64,000 nt of DNA from an uncultured virus (IMG/VR IMGVR_UViG_3300017782_000010) (IMGVR_UViG_3300017782_000010); one strand, 5' to 3'. Counted from the first letter of the stretch, positions 38,262 through 47,108 are shown. Notes: generated from the sequence alone by a model not told the origin. Made by a program: numbers and translations.

Positions 38262-39512
38262 ATGGAAATAAAAGTAGTAACTAAAACAGACTGTCCTTTT
38301 TGCGAAATGGCCAAGAAATGGTTAGACGAAAATGGATTTGAATACCATGCAGAAGTCATGGACAATGAGGAAGAACGTCTTGCGTTCTATCAGTCAATCA
38401 ACGGTATCAGTGAAATCGTTGGGAAACCAAACGATGTTCGCAGAGTAAATTCAGTACCACAAATCTTTGTGGATGGTGACCGTATCGGTGGATACGATGA
38501 CTTGATGAAATATGCTGAAACTCTCTTTAAGAAAAGAGGTGGTGGAAGTCTGTTGAAGTTTAGTGAAACTTACAAACCATTCTACTATCCTTGGGCAGTT
38601 GAAATCACAACAAGACATGAGAAGGTACACTGGATTGAAGACGAACTTGATTTGTCAGAAGATGTATCTGATTGGAAGTCTGGTAAGGTTAGTGTTGCAG
38701 AAAAAGATTACATCACCAACATTCTAAGACTATTCACACAGGCCGATGTTGCAGTTGGACAAAACTATTATGACCAGTTGATTCCAAAATTCAAGAACAA
38801 TGAAGTCAGAAATATGTTGGGTTCATTTGCGAACAGGGAAGCAATCCATCAACGTGCATATGCATTGTTGAACGAGACACTTGGTCTTCCACCAGAAGAA
38901 TATCATGCGTTTCTTGAGTATTCAGAAATGGCAGACAAGATTGACTTCATGATGGATTCAAACACATCGACACACAGAGGTCTTGCACTTGCAATGGCCA
39001 AGTCAGTAATGAACGAGGGTATCGCTCTGTTTGCATCATTCGTGATGTTGTTGAACTTCCAGCGTTTCGGTAAGATGAAAGGTATGGGTAAGGTTGTTGA
39101 ATGGTCAATCAGAGATGAATCAATTCACGTTGAGGGTATCGCAAAACTGTTCAGACAATTCTGTACAGAATATCCAAAGGTTGTGGACGATGAATTCAAG
39201 TCTGAAATCTATGAGATGGCAAGACAGTCAGTGAAATTGGAAGACAAGTTCGTTCAGTTGACCTATAAGATGGGCGCTCCAGAAGGTCTTGAGGCCTCTG
39301 ATGTGAAGACCTATATAAGATATATCACCGACAGAAGATTGCTTCAGTTGGGATTGAAACCGAATTTCAAGGTGAAAGAGAATCCTCTACCGTGGTTGGA
39401 ATGGGTACTTAACGGTGCAGACCATACTAACTTCTTTGAGAATAGAGTGACCGAATATGAGGTTGCTGGTTTGACTGGCACTTGGGATGATGCGTATGAG
39501 GACGCTGCATAA
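38262..39512 (+). CDS. nrdB: Glutaredoxin fused to ribonucleotide reductase beta subunit
   Basis: N-terminal CPFC, SVPQIF, IGGYDDL; NrdB FTQAD, EAIH, RDESIH, NFFE. Confidence 0.95.
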   Translation: MEIKVVTKTDCPFCEMAKKWLDENGFEYHAEVMDNEEERLAFYQSINGISEIVGKPNDVRRVNSVPQIFVDGDRIGGYDDLMKYAETLFKKRGGGSLLKFSETYKPFYYPWAVEITTRHEKVHWIEDELDLSEDVSDWKSGKVSVAEKDYITNILRLFTQADVAVGQNYYDQLIPKFKNNEVRNMLGSFANREAIHQRAYALLNETLGLPPEEYHAFLEYSEMADKIDFMMDSNTSTHRGLALAMAKSVMNEGIALFASFVMLLNFQRFGKMKGMGKVVEWSIRDESIHVEGIAKLFRQFCTEYPKVVDDEFKSEIYEMARQSVKLEDKFVQLTYKMGAPEGLEASDVKTYIRYITDRRLLQLGLKPNFKVKENPLPWLEWVLNGADHTNFFENRVTEYEVAGLTGTWDDAYEDAA

Positions 39513-39514
39513 AT

Positions 39515-39676
39515 ATGAGTAGAAAGATTATCTCCTGTGAGGAATGTGACGCAGAATTCACAGTGCGACATACAATGTCAAGTAGACATTATCAAGTACA
39601 GTACTGTGTTTTCTGTGGTGCAGAAATCCCAGAAGATAATGAAGATGACTTATACGATGAAGAAGAAGAATATTGA
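39515..39676 (+). CDS. Small zinc-ribbon protein with acidic tail (not in ORF track)
   Basis: CEEC...CVFCG, DDLYDEEEEY. Confidence 0.7.
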   Translation: MSRKIISCEECDAEFTVRHTMSSRHYQVQYCVFCGAEIPEDNEDDLYDEEEEY

Positions 39677-40017
39677 AAACTCAAAGTGCGAAAGCTAAAG
39701 GCCGAAGATTACAACAGTGGGTTCGTGACCAACTTATAGAAAAACTTGAAGTGCATCCAGAAGATGTTGAATCAAGGTCAATGGGTGCAGGCGGTGAAGA
39801 CTTGATTATGGCAAGGGCTGCGAGAGAAAAGTTCCCTTATTCTGTTGAGTGTAAAAACCAAGAAAAAGTAAACGTGTGGGAATCATATTCTCAGGCAGTC
39901 GAAAATTGCAAAGACTATGAACCAGTGGTGGTTATTAAACGTAACAACCATAAACCACTTGTGGTAGTTGATGCTGAATATTTTGTAGGACTGCATAAAG
40001 GTGATATACCAACATAG
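39673..40017 (+). CDS. PD-(D/E)xK nuclease, Holliday-resolvase-like
   Basis: KAKGRRLQ, GEDL, SVECKN. Confidence 0.7.
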   Translation: MKTQSAKAKGRRLQQWVRDQLIEKLEVHPEDVESRSMGAGGEDLIMARAAREKFPYSVECKNQEKVNVWESYSQAVENCKDYEPVVVIKRNNHKPLVVVDAEYFVGLHKGDIPT

Positions 40018-40222
40018 ACATTTTATTCTAGACATGAACGGCCGTAAAGCAAAACTTTACAAAAGTGGTCGCTTGCAATTTATGGGTGACCATTATGTTG
40101 CAATCACTATGTTATTACGATTCTCAGACAATCATCCAGACGTTAGAGAAAAGTTTCGACAACAAATTGAGATGCGTGAGAAACCCCAATTCACTTCCCC
40201 AGAATATACTGCAAAAAAATAA
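40001..40222 (+). CDS. Hypothetical protein
   Basis: ORF track; RBS AAGG before GTG. Confidence 0.45.
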   Translation: MIYQHRHFILDMNGRKAKLYKSGRLQFMGDHYVAITMLLRFSDNHPDVREKFRQQIEMREKPQFTSPEYTAKK

Positions 40223-40341
40223 TCAGACCTATGCAAAAATAGCACTACAGATTTTCCGTAGCCGCAACAGTTATGGCAGTGTTACTGTTATAAATAATTG
40301 CGTAATAAACCATTACAACTTAACCTAAAAGGACTTGCCGA

Positions 40342-40404
40342 ATGTGGCCTTACACCGAAGAAGAAGCGGACTATCTTAGTTTGCGAAAAATTACAAAAAA
40401 ATAA
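40342..40404 (+). CDS. 20 aa peptide MWPYTEEEADYLSLRKITKK (not in ORF track)
   Basis: Late promoter TATAAATA at 40289, RBS AAGGA, terminator-like hairpin at 40408-40430. Confidence 0.5.
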   Translation: MWPYTEEEADYLSLRKITKK

Positions 40405-40407
40405 TAC

Positions 40408-40432
40408 AGGGGTGCATTGCACCCTTTTTTTA
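40408..40432 (+). terminator. Intrinsic terminator
   Basis: GGGTGC-ATT-GCACCC followed by T tract. Confidence 0.6.
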
Positions 40433-40448
40433 TGCGTGGAGTAATAAT

Positions 40449-40613
40449 ATGTTAAAAATATTGACTAATTTGTTTCAACAGAGACAAGACGATAGGGGAA
40501 TTGTTAATTATGTTCGCACTGAATGGAATAGTGAAACTAGACATCTATCAAATGAAGCCTGCATAGACTTCTATAACAACTACTTGACATCTAAAGGGAG
40601 AATTAAACGATGA
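40449..40613 (+). CDS. Hypothetical 54 aa protein (not in ORF track)
   Basis: MLKILTNLF..YVRTEW..; RBS GGAG; stop overlaps next ATG. Confidence 0.6.
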   Translation: MLKILTNLFQQRQDDRGIVNYVRTEWNSETRHLSNEACIDFYNNYLTSKGRIKR

Positions 40614-40816
40614 GTATTGGATTAGTATTAAGACACACTTACGAAGAGACTTGTGAAATCTGTGAAAAGATTGCACACTTCTTTAAAATTGCTGGGAAAA
40701 AATGGAATGTATTTTTTACCAGAGTTGGATATGCAAGAGCGGCTTCGCAACTTGCATCTCAAGGATATTACGAAGAGGCGAAGGCCCTCATGACAGAAAA
40801 GGATAATTTAAAATGA
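40610..40816 (+). CDS. Small hypothetical protein
   Basis: ARAASQLASQGYYEEAKALM motif; coupled to neighbours. Confidence 0.6.
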   Translation: MSIGLVLRHTYEETCEICEKIAHFFKIAGKKWNVFFTRVGYARAASQLASQGYYEEAKALMTEKDNLK

Positions 40817-41247
40817 AACCACTTGCATTTATAGGAACAGTATTTGCGTTTGTCTTTATGGCGAATCTTGCATACGCAAAAACTATTGAAATCGAAATGT
40901 TGAATAAAGACGGAGCAGGCCGAAAGATGGTTTACTCTCAAGAATTAGTACACGTTGATTCTGGTGATGTGGTTGTATGGTTTCCAACATCCAAAGGACA
41001 CAACGTAGAAATCGTTGCGGCTCCAGAGGGATTTGAGATTCCAAAGAAGTCAAAGAACAGTAAAGAAGTATCTATCGAATTTACTGTGCCTGGCATTTAT
41101 TATTACTGGTGTACACCACACAAAGGAATGGGTATGATTGGATTGATTGTTGTGGATGGTGATACGTCAAATAAAGATGCTATTGCAAATGCAAAGGCGA
41201 TGGGTAAGTCAAAAAAGAAACTTAAAAAACTTCTTGACGAACTGTAA
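40813..41247 (+). CDS. Pseudoazurin (blue copper protein)
   Basis: Signal peptide, IEMLNK, GHNV, YWCTPHKGMGM copper ligands. Confidence 0.88.
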   Translation: MKPLAFIGTVFAFVFMANLAYAKTIEIEMLNKDGAGRKMVYSQELVHVDSGDVVVWFPTSKGHNVEIVAAPEGFEIPKKSKNSKEVSIEFTVPGIYYYWCTPHKGMGMIGLIVVDGDTSNKDAIANAKAMGKSKKKLKKLLDEL

Positions 41248-41310
41248 AAAATACTATATAAAGATAATAAGGGGAACAATTAAGTTCCCCTTTAATTTAT
41301 GGAGTGTCCA

Positions 41311-41784
41311 ATGTCCGATAAACTTTGGAGAAAGGTTAAGAAAATGGAATTAGGTAATCCGATTATCACAGCACTTGTAGGCCTTGTAGTATTTTATATC
41401 GGTTTGAAAATGTTTTCTGGTGGTATGAAATCTATGGGTAATATGGAACACCTTGCATTCTTCTTAGGTAATCCAATTTATATGTTCTTTGGTGGTATTG
41501 TTATGACATTGCTCTGGCAATCATCATCACTCTCAACAACGGCAATCATTGCATTAGTTGCTTCTGGTGCGTTACCACTTCCTGCCGCAATAGGGGCAGT
41601 TCTTGGTGCAAACATAGGAACGACAGGTACAATCTGGTTGGCAGGACTTCTGGTTTCAGATGGAATGCCTAAGGGTGATACCTTGAGGGTTGCACTTGCA
41701 CATTCTGGTGCAAATCTATTCATGTCTATCATGTTACTACCTTGGGTACATCATATCGCAAGGTTCTTAGGTAAGGTAGGGTGA
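41311..41784 (+). CDS. Na/Pi cotransporter-family protein, single repeat
   Basis: WQSSSLST and GANIGTT motifs, multiple TMs; promoter TTGACG-17-TATAAA at 41234-41262. Confidence 0.8.
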   Translation: MSDKLWRKVKKMELGNPIITALVGLVVFYIGLKMFSGGMKSMGNMEHLAFFLGNPIYMFFGGIVMTLLWQSSSLSTTAIIALVASGALPLPAAIGAVLGANIGTTGTIWLAGLLVSDGMPKGDTLRVALAHSGANLFMSIMLLPWVHHIARFLGKVG

Positions 41785-41844
41785 TTCGGCACGATTCGGC
41801 ATTTTACACTAATCTAAACTAAAAACTCTAAAAAATCTCTCACG

Positions 41845-41874
41845 AAAGCCCTTGATTTACAAGGGCTTTTTTTT
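41845..41874 (+). terminator. Intrinsic terminator/palindrome
   Basis: AAAGCCCTTG-ATTTA-CAAGGGCTTT plus T tract. Confidence 0.75.
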
Positions 41875-41889
41875 ATTTTAAAAAAGGCC

Positions 41890-41918
41890 TTGACTTTGTT
41901 CTCAAAACATCGTATAGT
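41890..41918 (+). promoter_or_regulatory. Sigma70-type early promoter with TGTT..AACA spacer
   Basis: TTGACT-ttgttctcaaaacatcg-TATAGT. Confidence 0.8.
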
Positions 41919-41947
41919 GTATATGTAATTGAGAGAAAGGACTTCAA

Positions 41948-42190
41948 ATGACAAATCAAGAAACAATTTTTATCGGTGCCGACAACGGTGGTATTAAAGT
42001 TTACAAAGGTGTTGGTAACAATGTTGGGTTTGCAAAGACCGCCAAGATGCTTGCATATATCCTTGACACCCACAAGATTTACGGTGAAGTGATGTTCACA
42101 AGCAGCATGGACTTTGCTGATGAGTATGGGTTTGACCACTATAACGGTGCGAAAGACCTTTGGAATGAAGCTGTTGAGATGAGGGTTTAA
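41948..42190 (+). CDS. Hypothetical early protein
   Basis: RBS GAAAGGA; SSMDFADEYG motif. Confidence 0.7.
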   Translation: MTNQETIFIGADNGGIKVYKGVGNNVGFAKTAKMLAYILDTHKIYGEVMFTSSMDFADEYGFDHYNGAKDLWNEAVEMRV

Positions 42191-42192
42191 TT

Positions 42193-42429
42193 ATGGGTCA
42201 CTTTTACGATGATTGGAAGGACAAAAAGATGTTTGTCGAGAACGCAGAAGGTCAGTTTGTTATGAACTTTGGTGAAGCCGAAAAGTCAATGATTCAGAAT
42301 CTTGAAGATGCTGTCATCAATCTTACAGAAGGTGCTTCTGATGAGAAGAGAATGGCCATTGGATACATGGAGTATCTTGCAGATTGCCTGAAAAGGGGTA
42401 AACTTGAAGTGAAGTGGAATATCTCATAG
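42193..42429 (+). CDS. Hypothetical early protein
   Basis: ORF in operon; EGASDEK. Confidence 0.6.
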   Translation: MGHFYDDWKDKKMFVENAEGQFVMNFGEAEKSMIQNLEDAVINLTEGASDEKRMAIGYMEYLADCLKRGKLEVKWNIS

Positions 42430-42437
42430 GAGTAGAA

Positions 42438-42638
42438 ATGTTTAACAATGTAGGACATCCAATCGAAGGTTGGGCAATTCTGAAATGTGAATCAGACAAT
42501 CAACCAGAAATTGTTTCTTTGCACCAATGTTTGGGTAATGCAGAGGAAGAAAAGATGGTTCTGAATGAAATGGCCGAGGGTACAGATACTACCTTTGTAG
42601 TAAAAAATACTTTTGGTTGCATGATAGAAACGGTCTAA
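42438..42638 (+). CDS. Hypothetical early protein
   Basis: RBS AGGAG. Confidence 0.6.
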   Translation: MFNNVGHPIEGWAILKCESDNQPEIVSLHQCLGNAEEEKMVLNEMAEGTDTTFVVKNTFGCMIETV

Positions 42639-42645
42639 AAACTAC

Positions 42646-42674
42646 TTGACATTGTTCTGATAACATGATAGCAT
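42646..42674 (+). promoter_or_regulatory. Sigma70-type early promoter with TGTT..AACA spacer
   Basis: TTGACA-ttgttctgataacatga-TAGCAT. Confidence 0.75.
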
Positions 42675-42698
42675 ATGTATAGAAAGTGAGGAAATATT

Positions 42699-43055
42699 AT
42701 GAGTTTAAAAGTTTTAGAGTTTGAAAATGATGATGCATTGAATACCAATGGTTATCATTATATCAGTTGTGTTACTACCACTTATGACAAGTTGGTAGAG
42801 ATTTTTGGTAAACCAACATACACAGATGCAGACCCATATGAAAAGGTCAATGCAGAGTGGACTATCGAGGCCAAGGTTGTCGATGGAGATGATGACCCAG
42901 ATGATTACTATTACAAGGGGTTCACCGTCTACAATTGGAAAACTGGTTACATTCCTACTGAGGAATACGAGTGGCACGTTGGTGGTAAAGATTATGAGTC
43001 AATGGAGGCTCTGCATGAAATCTTTGAGAATCACATAAATAAATCTAAAGGATAA
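42699..43055 (+). CDS. Hypothetical early protein
   Basis: YDKLVEIFGKP, KVNAEW, TVYNWK, WHVGG motifs. Confidence 0.7.
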   Translation: MSLKVLEFENDDALNTNGYHYISCVTTTYDKLVEIFGKPTYTDADPYEKVNAEWTIEAKVVDGDDDPDDYYYKGFTVYNWKTGYIPTEEYEWHVGGKDYESMEALHEIFENHINKSKG

Positions 43056-43061
43056 GATGTT

Positions 43062-43274
43062 ATGGTAACAATTACAACGGCAGTAACCATTACTATGTGT
43101 TGTACGATGTTCGCATTTTACTTTGGTCAGAACCTTGGTCGTAGGGAAAGGATTGAAGTAATTATTGACTCCATGCTTACACGTTTGGAGAAAGATGGGT
43201 TCATCAGAACTAAAAAAGGTAAAGATGGGGAGACAGAATTAATTCCCATAAAAGACTTGACAAATGGTGGATAA
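43062..43274 (+). CDS. Small membrane-anchored hypothetical protein
   Basis: N-terminal TM; LEKDGFI. Confidence 0.55.
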   Translation: MVTITTAVTITMCCTMFAFYFGQNLGRRERIEVIIDSMLTRLEKDGFIRTKKGKDGETELIPIKDLTNGG

Positions 43275-43290
43275 TGTTATAATATGAGTT

Positions 43291-43378
43291 TGAGAGTCGG
43301 AATTAAGGTTGGTTGGCCCACTTTGAAAGTTCCAAATATTATGGTGTGGGGATGCAAGTTTCCGACTCTCATTTTATT
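43291..43378 (+). ncRNA. Candidate structured sRNA or leader
   Basis: 12 bp terminal stem TGAGAGTCGGAA/TTCCGACTCTCA beginning just after a TTGACA promoter (43257). Confidence 0.5.
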
Positions 43379-43390
43379 ATGTTGGAGATT

Positions 43391-43960
43391 ATGAACAAAT
43401 ACATTGGAATGACATTGATACTTGGATTGAGCGGTTGTCCGACTTGGGCGCCTGCATACGAGAATCAAACCCCATGTGATTATGAACATCTAGTAAACTC
43501 TTCATACATATATACAATTCAGAACACAAAAGAATTCAAGAAAGAGGTGTTTCCTTATGTCGAGGACACCAGAAAATGCGTTATCACAATGTGGGTAACC
43601 ATTGAGGATAAGACATACCCAGCACAAGGTAGTTATGTATTTGGGCCTGATATGACAGAAAATCAGGCGTGTGAGTTCGCAGAGAAGAAAGCGAAAGAAC
43701 AGGTAATACGAGAAGTATCACCTGTTAAGTTGTCTTCCAATACTGACCTTTCATGCATCAAGAAAGATGTTGTAGAGGCACCAGAAGAGGAAGTTATTGT
43801 TAGTAGTGAGGTTGTAGAGGTTCGTCCTGTAACACTGGCTGATAAGTTCAAACCTATCAAACCATCTTACAGTCCAGACCCAACTTACTATTATGGAAAC
43901 TACGACAGTGGTAAGATTACTTTTAGTAGTGTACTGTCGTTATTATTGGGGGGTATGTAA
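43391..43960 (+). CDS. Exported hypothetical protein, possible lipoprotein
   Basis: Hydrophobic N-terminus LGLSGC; RBS GGAG. Confidence 0.55.
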   Translation: MNKYIGMTLILGLSGCPTWAPAYENQTPCDYEHLVNSSYIYTIQNTKEFKKEVFPYVEDTRKCVITMWVTIEDKTYPAQGSYVFGPDMTENQACEFAEKKAKEQVIREVSPVKLSSNTDLSCIKKDVVEAPEEEVIVSSEVVEVRPVTLADKFKPIKPSYSPDPTYYYGNYDSGKITFSSVLSLLLGGM

Positions 43961-44100
43961 TGTTTAAATTCATATTCGGTATTGTTGTGGGTATTATTCT
44001 TGTCACCTATTACCCAGATATTATAACAACCACCACTGATTGGTTTATCGACAGTGGTGCTCGTGACGAAGTAATCGAAACTCTAGAAGGGATGAAATGA
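43960..44100 (+). CDS. Small membrane protein (not in ORF track)
   Basis: MFKFIFGIVVGIILVTYYP..; coupled start and stop. Confidence 0.6.
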   Translation: MFKFIFGIVVGIILVTYYPDIITTTTDWFIDSGARDEVIETLEGMK

Positions 44101-44765
44101 TGAAAAATGTGATTATGATTGGTGCGGTTGCATCTTTACTTGCGGCGTGTTCTAGTACAAAGAATGTCGCAGTGATGGACTCACCACCACCACACTCTGG
44201 TGTTGATAAGGAAGTTTATGAGTACAAGGCCAAACTTGCAAATCAACAGGTGAAGGCGATGCCTGAATGGTATACGAAAATTCCAGAAGATGAAGAGGCG
44301 ATTTTTGCAGTTGGTACGGCAGTATCACCAGACCTACAGTTGTCTAATGATATTGCAATTCTACTTGCAAAGAGAACACTTGCTGACCGTATCAATGGTG
44401 AGTTGCGTTCTCAAACAAAGTCGTTTGTATCGAAGATTGGTACTGATGCGAATGCCTCAGTCTTGAATGAGATTGAGACAGTGACTAAAAATCTGATTGC
44501 AGATGTTGATGTTGCTGGTTACAGGGTCAAGGAATCTGATGTTGTAGTAAACGGTACACAGTATCGTGTTTACGTTCTGTTGGAATATTCCAGTGCAGAG
44601 GCAACCAAGATTCTTATGAATAGACTAAAACGAGAGAAACAATTGTTGTCTAAGATTTCTGCACTGAACGCTTTCAAGGAACTTGATGCACAGGTGACTG
44701 AGAAGAAAAATAGTGATGCAGAGAAACTTGACAAGATTGTGGAAACAATAACCACAGAGGGATAA
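44097..44765 (+). CDS. Lipoprotein (LPP20-like)
   Basis: Lipobox LAAC; PEWY, AVGTAVS. Confidence 0.7.
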   Translation: MMKNVIMIGAVASLLAACSSTKNVAVMDSPPPHSGVDKEVYEYKAKLANQQVKAMPEWYTKIPEDEEAIFAVGTAVSPDLQLSNDIAILLAKRTLADRINGELRSQTKSFVSKIGTDANASVLNEIETVTKNLIADVDVAGYRVKESDVVVNGTQYRVYVLLEYSSAEATKILMNRLKREKQLLSKISALNAFKELDAQVTEKKNSDAEKLDKIVETITTEG

Positions 44766-44984
44766 ATGGAAGTAAGGGTCAGAAAGGGTAGAGATGGTAA
44801 ACCAGATGTTAATGGTGCCATTCGTGTACTAAAGAAGAAACTTATGAAGGAAGGGTTCTTTCAAGAACTAAGAGCCCGTGAATCTTTTATGAGTAGGGGT
44901 GAAAAGAAACGCAAACAAAAGGCCGCAGGCCGAAGACGTTGGTTGCGTAATCAGGCAAAACTGAAGGATGAGAGAGGTTACTAA
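44766..44984 (+). CDS. rpsU: Ribosomal protein bS21
   Basis: VRV..VNGAIRVLKKKLMKEG..ELRARE..EKKRKQKAAGRRR. Confidence 0.85.
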   Translation: MEVRVRKGRDGKPDVNGAIRVLKKKLMKEGFFQELRARESFMSRGEKKRKQKAAGRRRWLRNQAKLKDERGY

Positions 44985-44985
44985 A

Positions 44986-45381
44986 ATGCCAAGACGTAAA
45001 ATGACACCAGAACAGAGAGAGGCTGCCGCAGAACGGTTGCGTCTTGCAAGGGAAAAAAGGTTGCGTGAGAACCCACCTAAGTATTCTAATATACACCCAT
45101 CTGTTTTGACGTTACCAGATGAACATCCATTCTCAAGAGTGAATGTTACAAAGTATATCAAAACCCAGAAGGAACAGCTTTCTTCATATCGGGCGGCGGT
45201 ACGTCAAAAGGTAAAGGGTGCGATTGCAAACGAAGCATCATGTAAGGCGTATATTCGACACTGTGAAACGTACTTACGAAATGGTGATTGGTGTGATGAC
45301 TTCTATGGTGAATACCAAGAGAAGCGAGTTAAGTGGGTGACTGTTGTGCCTGCTGGTCGGAAGGTGGATGATGACGGATGA
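44986..45381 (+). CDS. Conserved T4-like hypothetical protein
   Basis: AAERLRLAREKR, YLRNGDW.DDFYGE. Confidence 0.65.
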   Translation: MPRRKMTPEQREAAAERLRLAREKRLRENPPKYSNIHPSVLTLPDEHPFSRVNVTKYIKTQKEQLSSYRAAVRQKVKGAIANEASCKAYIRHCETYLRNGDWCDDFYGEYQEKRVKWVTVVPAGRKVDDDG

Positions 45382-45778
45382 TGGACAGACTAGTAACATT
45401 GTGCAGTTCCCAAAGAAGTATGTGGGTATTGCACCAAAAGTGACAAACTTTGATGCGATGAAACTCAATAAAGAGTTACAGTTCGCAGACGAGTTAACGG
45501 ATGGAATTATGGTTTCAATGATACATAATATGGATGAGAATGACGTAGAGATTTCCGAAAGTAAGTTTATACAGGATATTGCATTTTTGTCTGAGGCTAT
45601 CAAAGCGACCATATACAGAGATAGAGGGTTTACTCATCCTTTTCAAAACTTGATTGAATTGATTTCAAATGTGAGTTATGATGAGAAGGAAAAGAAGCAC
45701 GATGTCCATATGGACATGGAATTGATAAGAGAATTGTCAGAAGACTTCACTGAGGATGATGACCCAGACAAGGCATAA
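45368..45778 (+). CDS. Hypothetical protein
   Basis: NIVQFP N-terminal motif; HPFQ. Confidence 0.6.
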   Translation: MMTDDGQTSNIVQFPKKYVGIAPKVTNFDAMKLNKELQFADELTDGIMVSMIHNMDENDVEISESKFIQDIAFLSEAIKATIYRDRGFTHPFQNLIELISNVSYDEKEKKHDVHMDMELIRELSEDFTEDDDPDKA

Positions 45779-45787
45779 GGTGATAAT

Positions 45788-46642
45788 ATGATTTTAGTTG
45801 ATATGAACCAAGTGACGCTTTCTAATCTGATGATTCAGATTGGCCGCAACACTGAAGTTGACCCAGACATGGTTCGACATATGGTTCTCAATTCATTAAG
45901 GGGTTATCGTAGTAGATTCAATGAAGAGTTCGGAGAACTGGTACTATGTTATGATAACAAAAGTAATTGGAGAAGAGAATACTTTCCAAATTACAAACAC
46001 GGTAGACGTAAAGACCGTAAGGCATCCAAGTTAGATTGGGGTTCGATATTTGATACCTTGCATCTAATCAAAAAAGAATTAGAAGAGAATCTGCCCTACA
46101 AGGTTTTAGAAGTAGAGAACGCAGAGGCCGATGACATTATCGCATCTGTTGTATCCTACGTTGCAGAAACACCTTCACACTATGAGAAGGTATTGATTGT
46201 ATCTGGTGACAAAGATTTCATTCAATTGCAGAAACACAGTTTCGTTACACAATACAGTCCGACACTGAAAAAGTTCGTGAACGGTATTGACCCAGACGTA
46301 TACATCAAAGAACACATCCTAAAGGGTGACCGTAGTGATGGAGTACCAAACTTCTTATCACCAGATAATTGTTTTGTAGATGAATTACGTCAACGTCCTA
46401 TCTCAAAGAAGAAACTGGCGACATGGGTTGACCTTGTCCCAGAGGATTTTTGTAACGAAGAGATGTTGCGAAATTATCAACGCAACAGAAAACTGATAGA
46501 CTTAGAGTATGCACCAGATGAGATTAACAAGGCCTGTGTGGATACCTATCTAAATAGTTCGGTAAATGATAGAAGTGGTCTATTAAACTACTTCATTAAA
46601 CATCGACTAAAAAACCATATGGAAAATATTGGAGACTTTTAA
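45788..46642 (+). CDS. rnh: T4-type RNase H (5'-3' exonuclease)
   Basis: MILVDMNQ, WRREYFPNYK, EADDII, SGDKDFIQL, GDRSDGVPN. Confidence 0.95.
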   Translation: MILVDMNQVTLSNLMIQIGRNTEVDPDMVRHMVLNSLRGYRSRFNEEFGELVLCYDNKSNWRREYFPNYKHGRRKDRKASKLDWGSIFDTLHLIKKELEENLPYKVLEVENAEADDIIASVVSYVAETPSHYEKVLIVSGDKDFIQLQKHSFVTQYSPTLKKFVNGIDPDVYIKEHILKGDRSDGVPNFLSPDNCFVDELRQRPISKKKLATWVDLVPEDFCNEEMLRNYQRNRKLIDLEYAPDEINKACVDTYLNSSVNDRSGLLNYFIKHRLKNHMENIGDF

Positions 46643-46643
46643 A

Positions 46644-47102
46644 ATGGCAGTGAATACATATACACCTTTACTACATGAGGTGCTGAAGAAAGTTCATAAT
46701 GCAAAGACTAAAGAGAAGAAGATTGAAATTCTTAGAGAGAATAATAGTGATGCATTGCGAATGATTATTAAGGGTTCATTTGACCCTAAAATCGAATGGA
46801 TTTTACCACCTGGCGAAGTTCCTTTCAACAGAAACGAAGCCCCAGATGGAACTGAACACACTTTACTCTTCCAAGAGTCAAAGAAGTTATACAGGTTCAT
46901 CAAAGGTGGTGACAACCAAACACCGCAATGGAAGAAGGAACAGATGTTCGTTCAGATGTTGGAAGGTCTGTCTCAAGGCGAGGCAGAGGTGGTAGTGGCC
47001 GCAAAGGATAAAAAATTACATCAAGTCTATAAAGGACTTTCGGCGGTTGTTGTCAAAGAAGCGTTTGGGTGGAATGACGAATTTGTTGACCCAAATAAGT
47101 AA
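46644..47102 (+). CDS. Conserved T4-like hypothetical protein
   Basis: LPPGEVPF, KKEQMFVQMLEGL. Confidence 0.7.
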   Translation: MAVNTYTPLLHEVLKKVHNAKTKEKKIEILRENNSDALRMIIKGSFDPKIEWILPPGEVPFNRNEAPDGTEHTLLFQESKKLYRFIKGGDNQTPQWKKEQMFVQMLEGLSQGEAEVVVAAKDKKLHQVYKGLSAVVVKEAFGWNDEFVDPNK

Positions 47103-47108
47103 AACTTC

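Noticed and set aside
41851..41863. FNR box in CTTGATTTACAAG
   Set aside because: Spacing does not fit TTGAT-N4-ATCAA.
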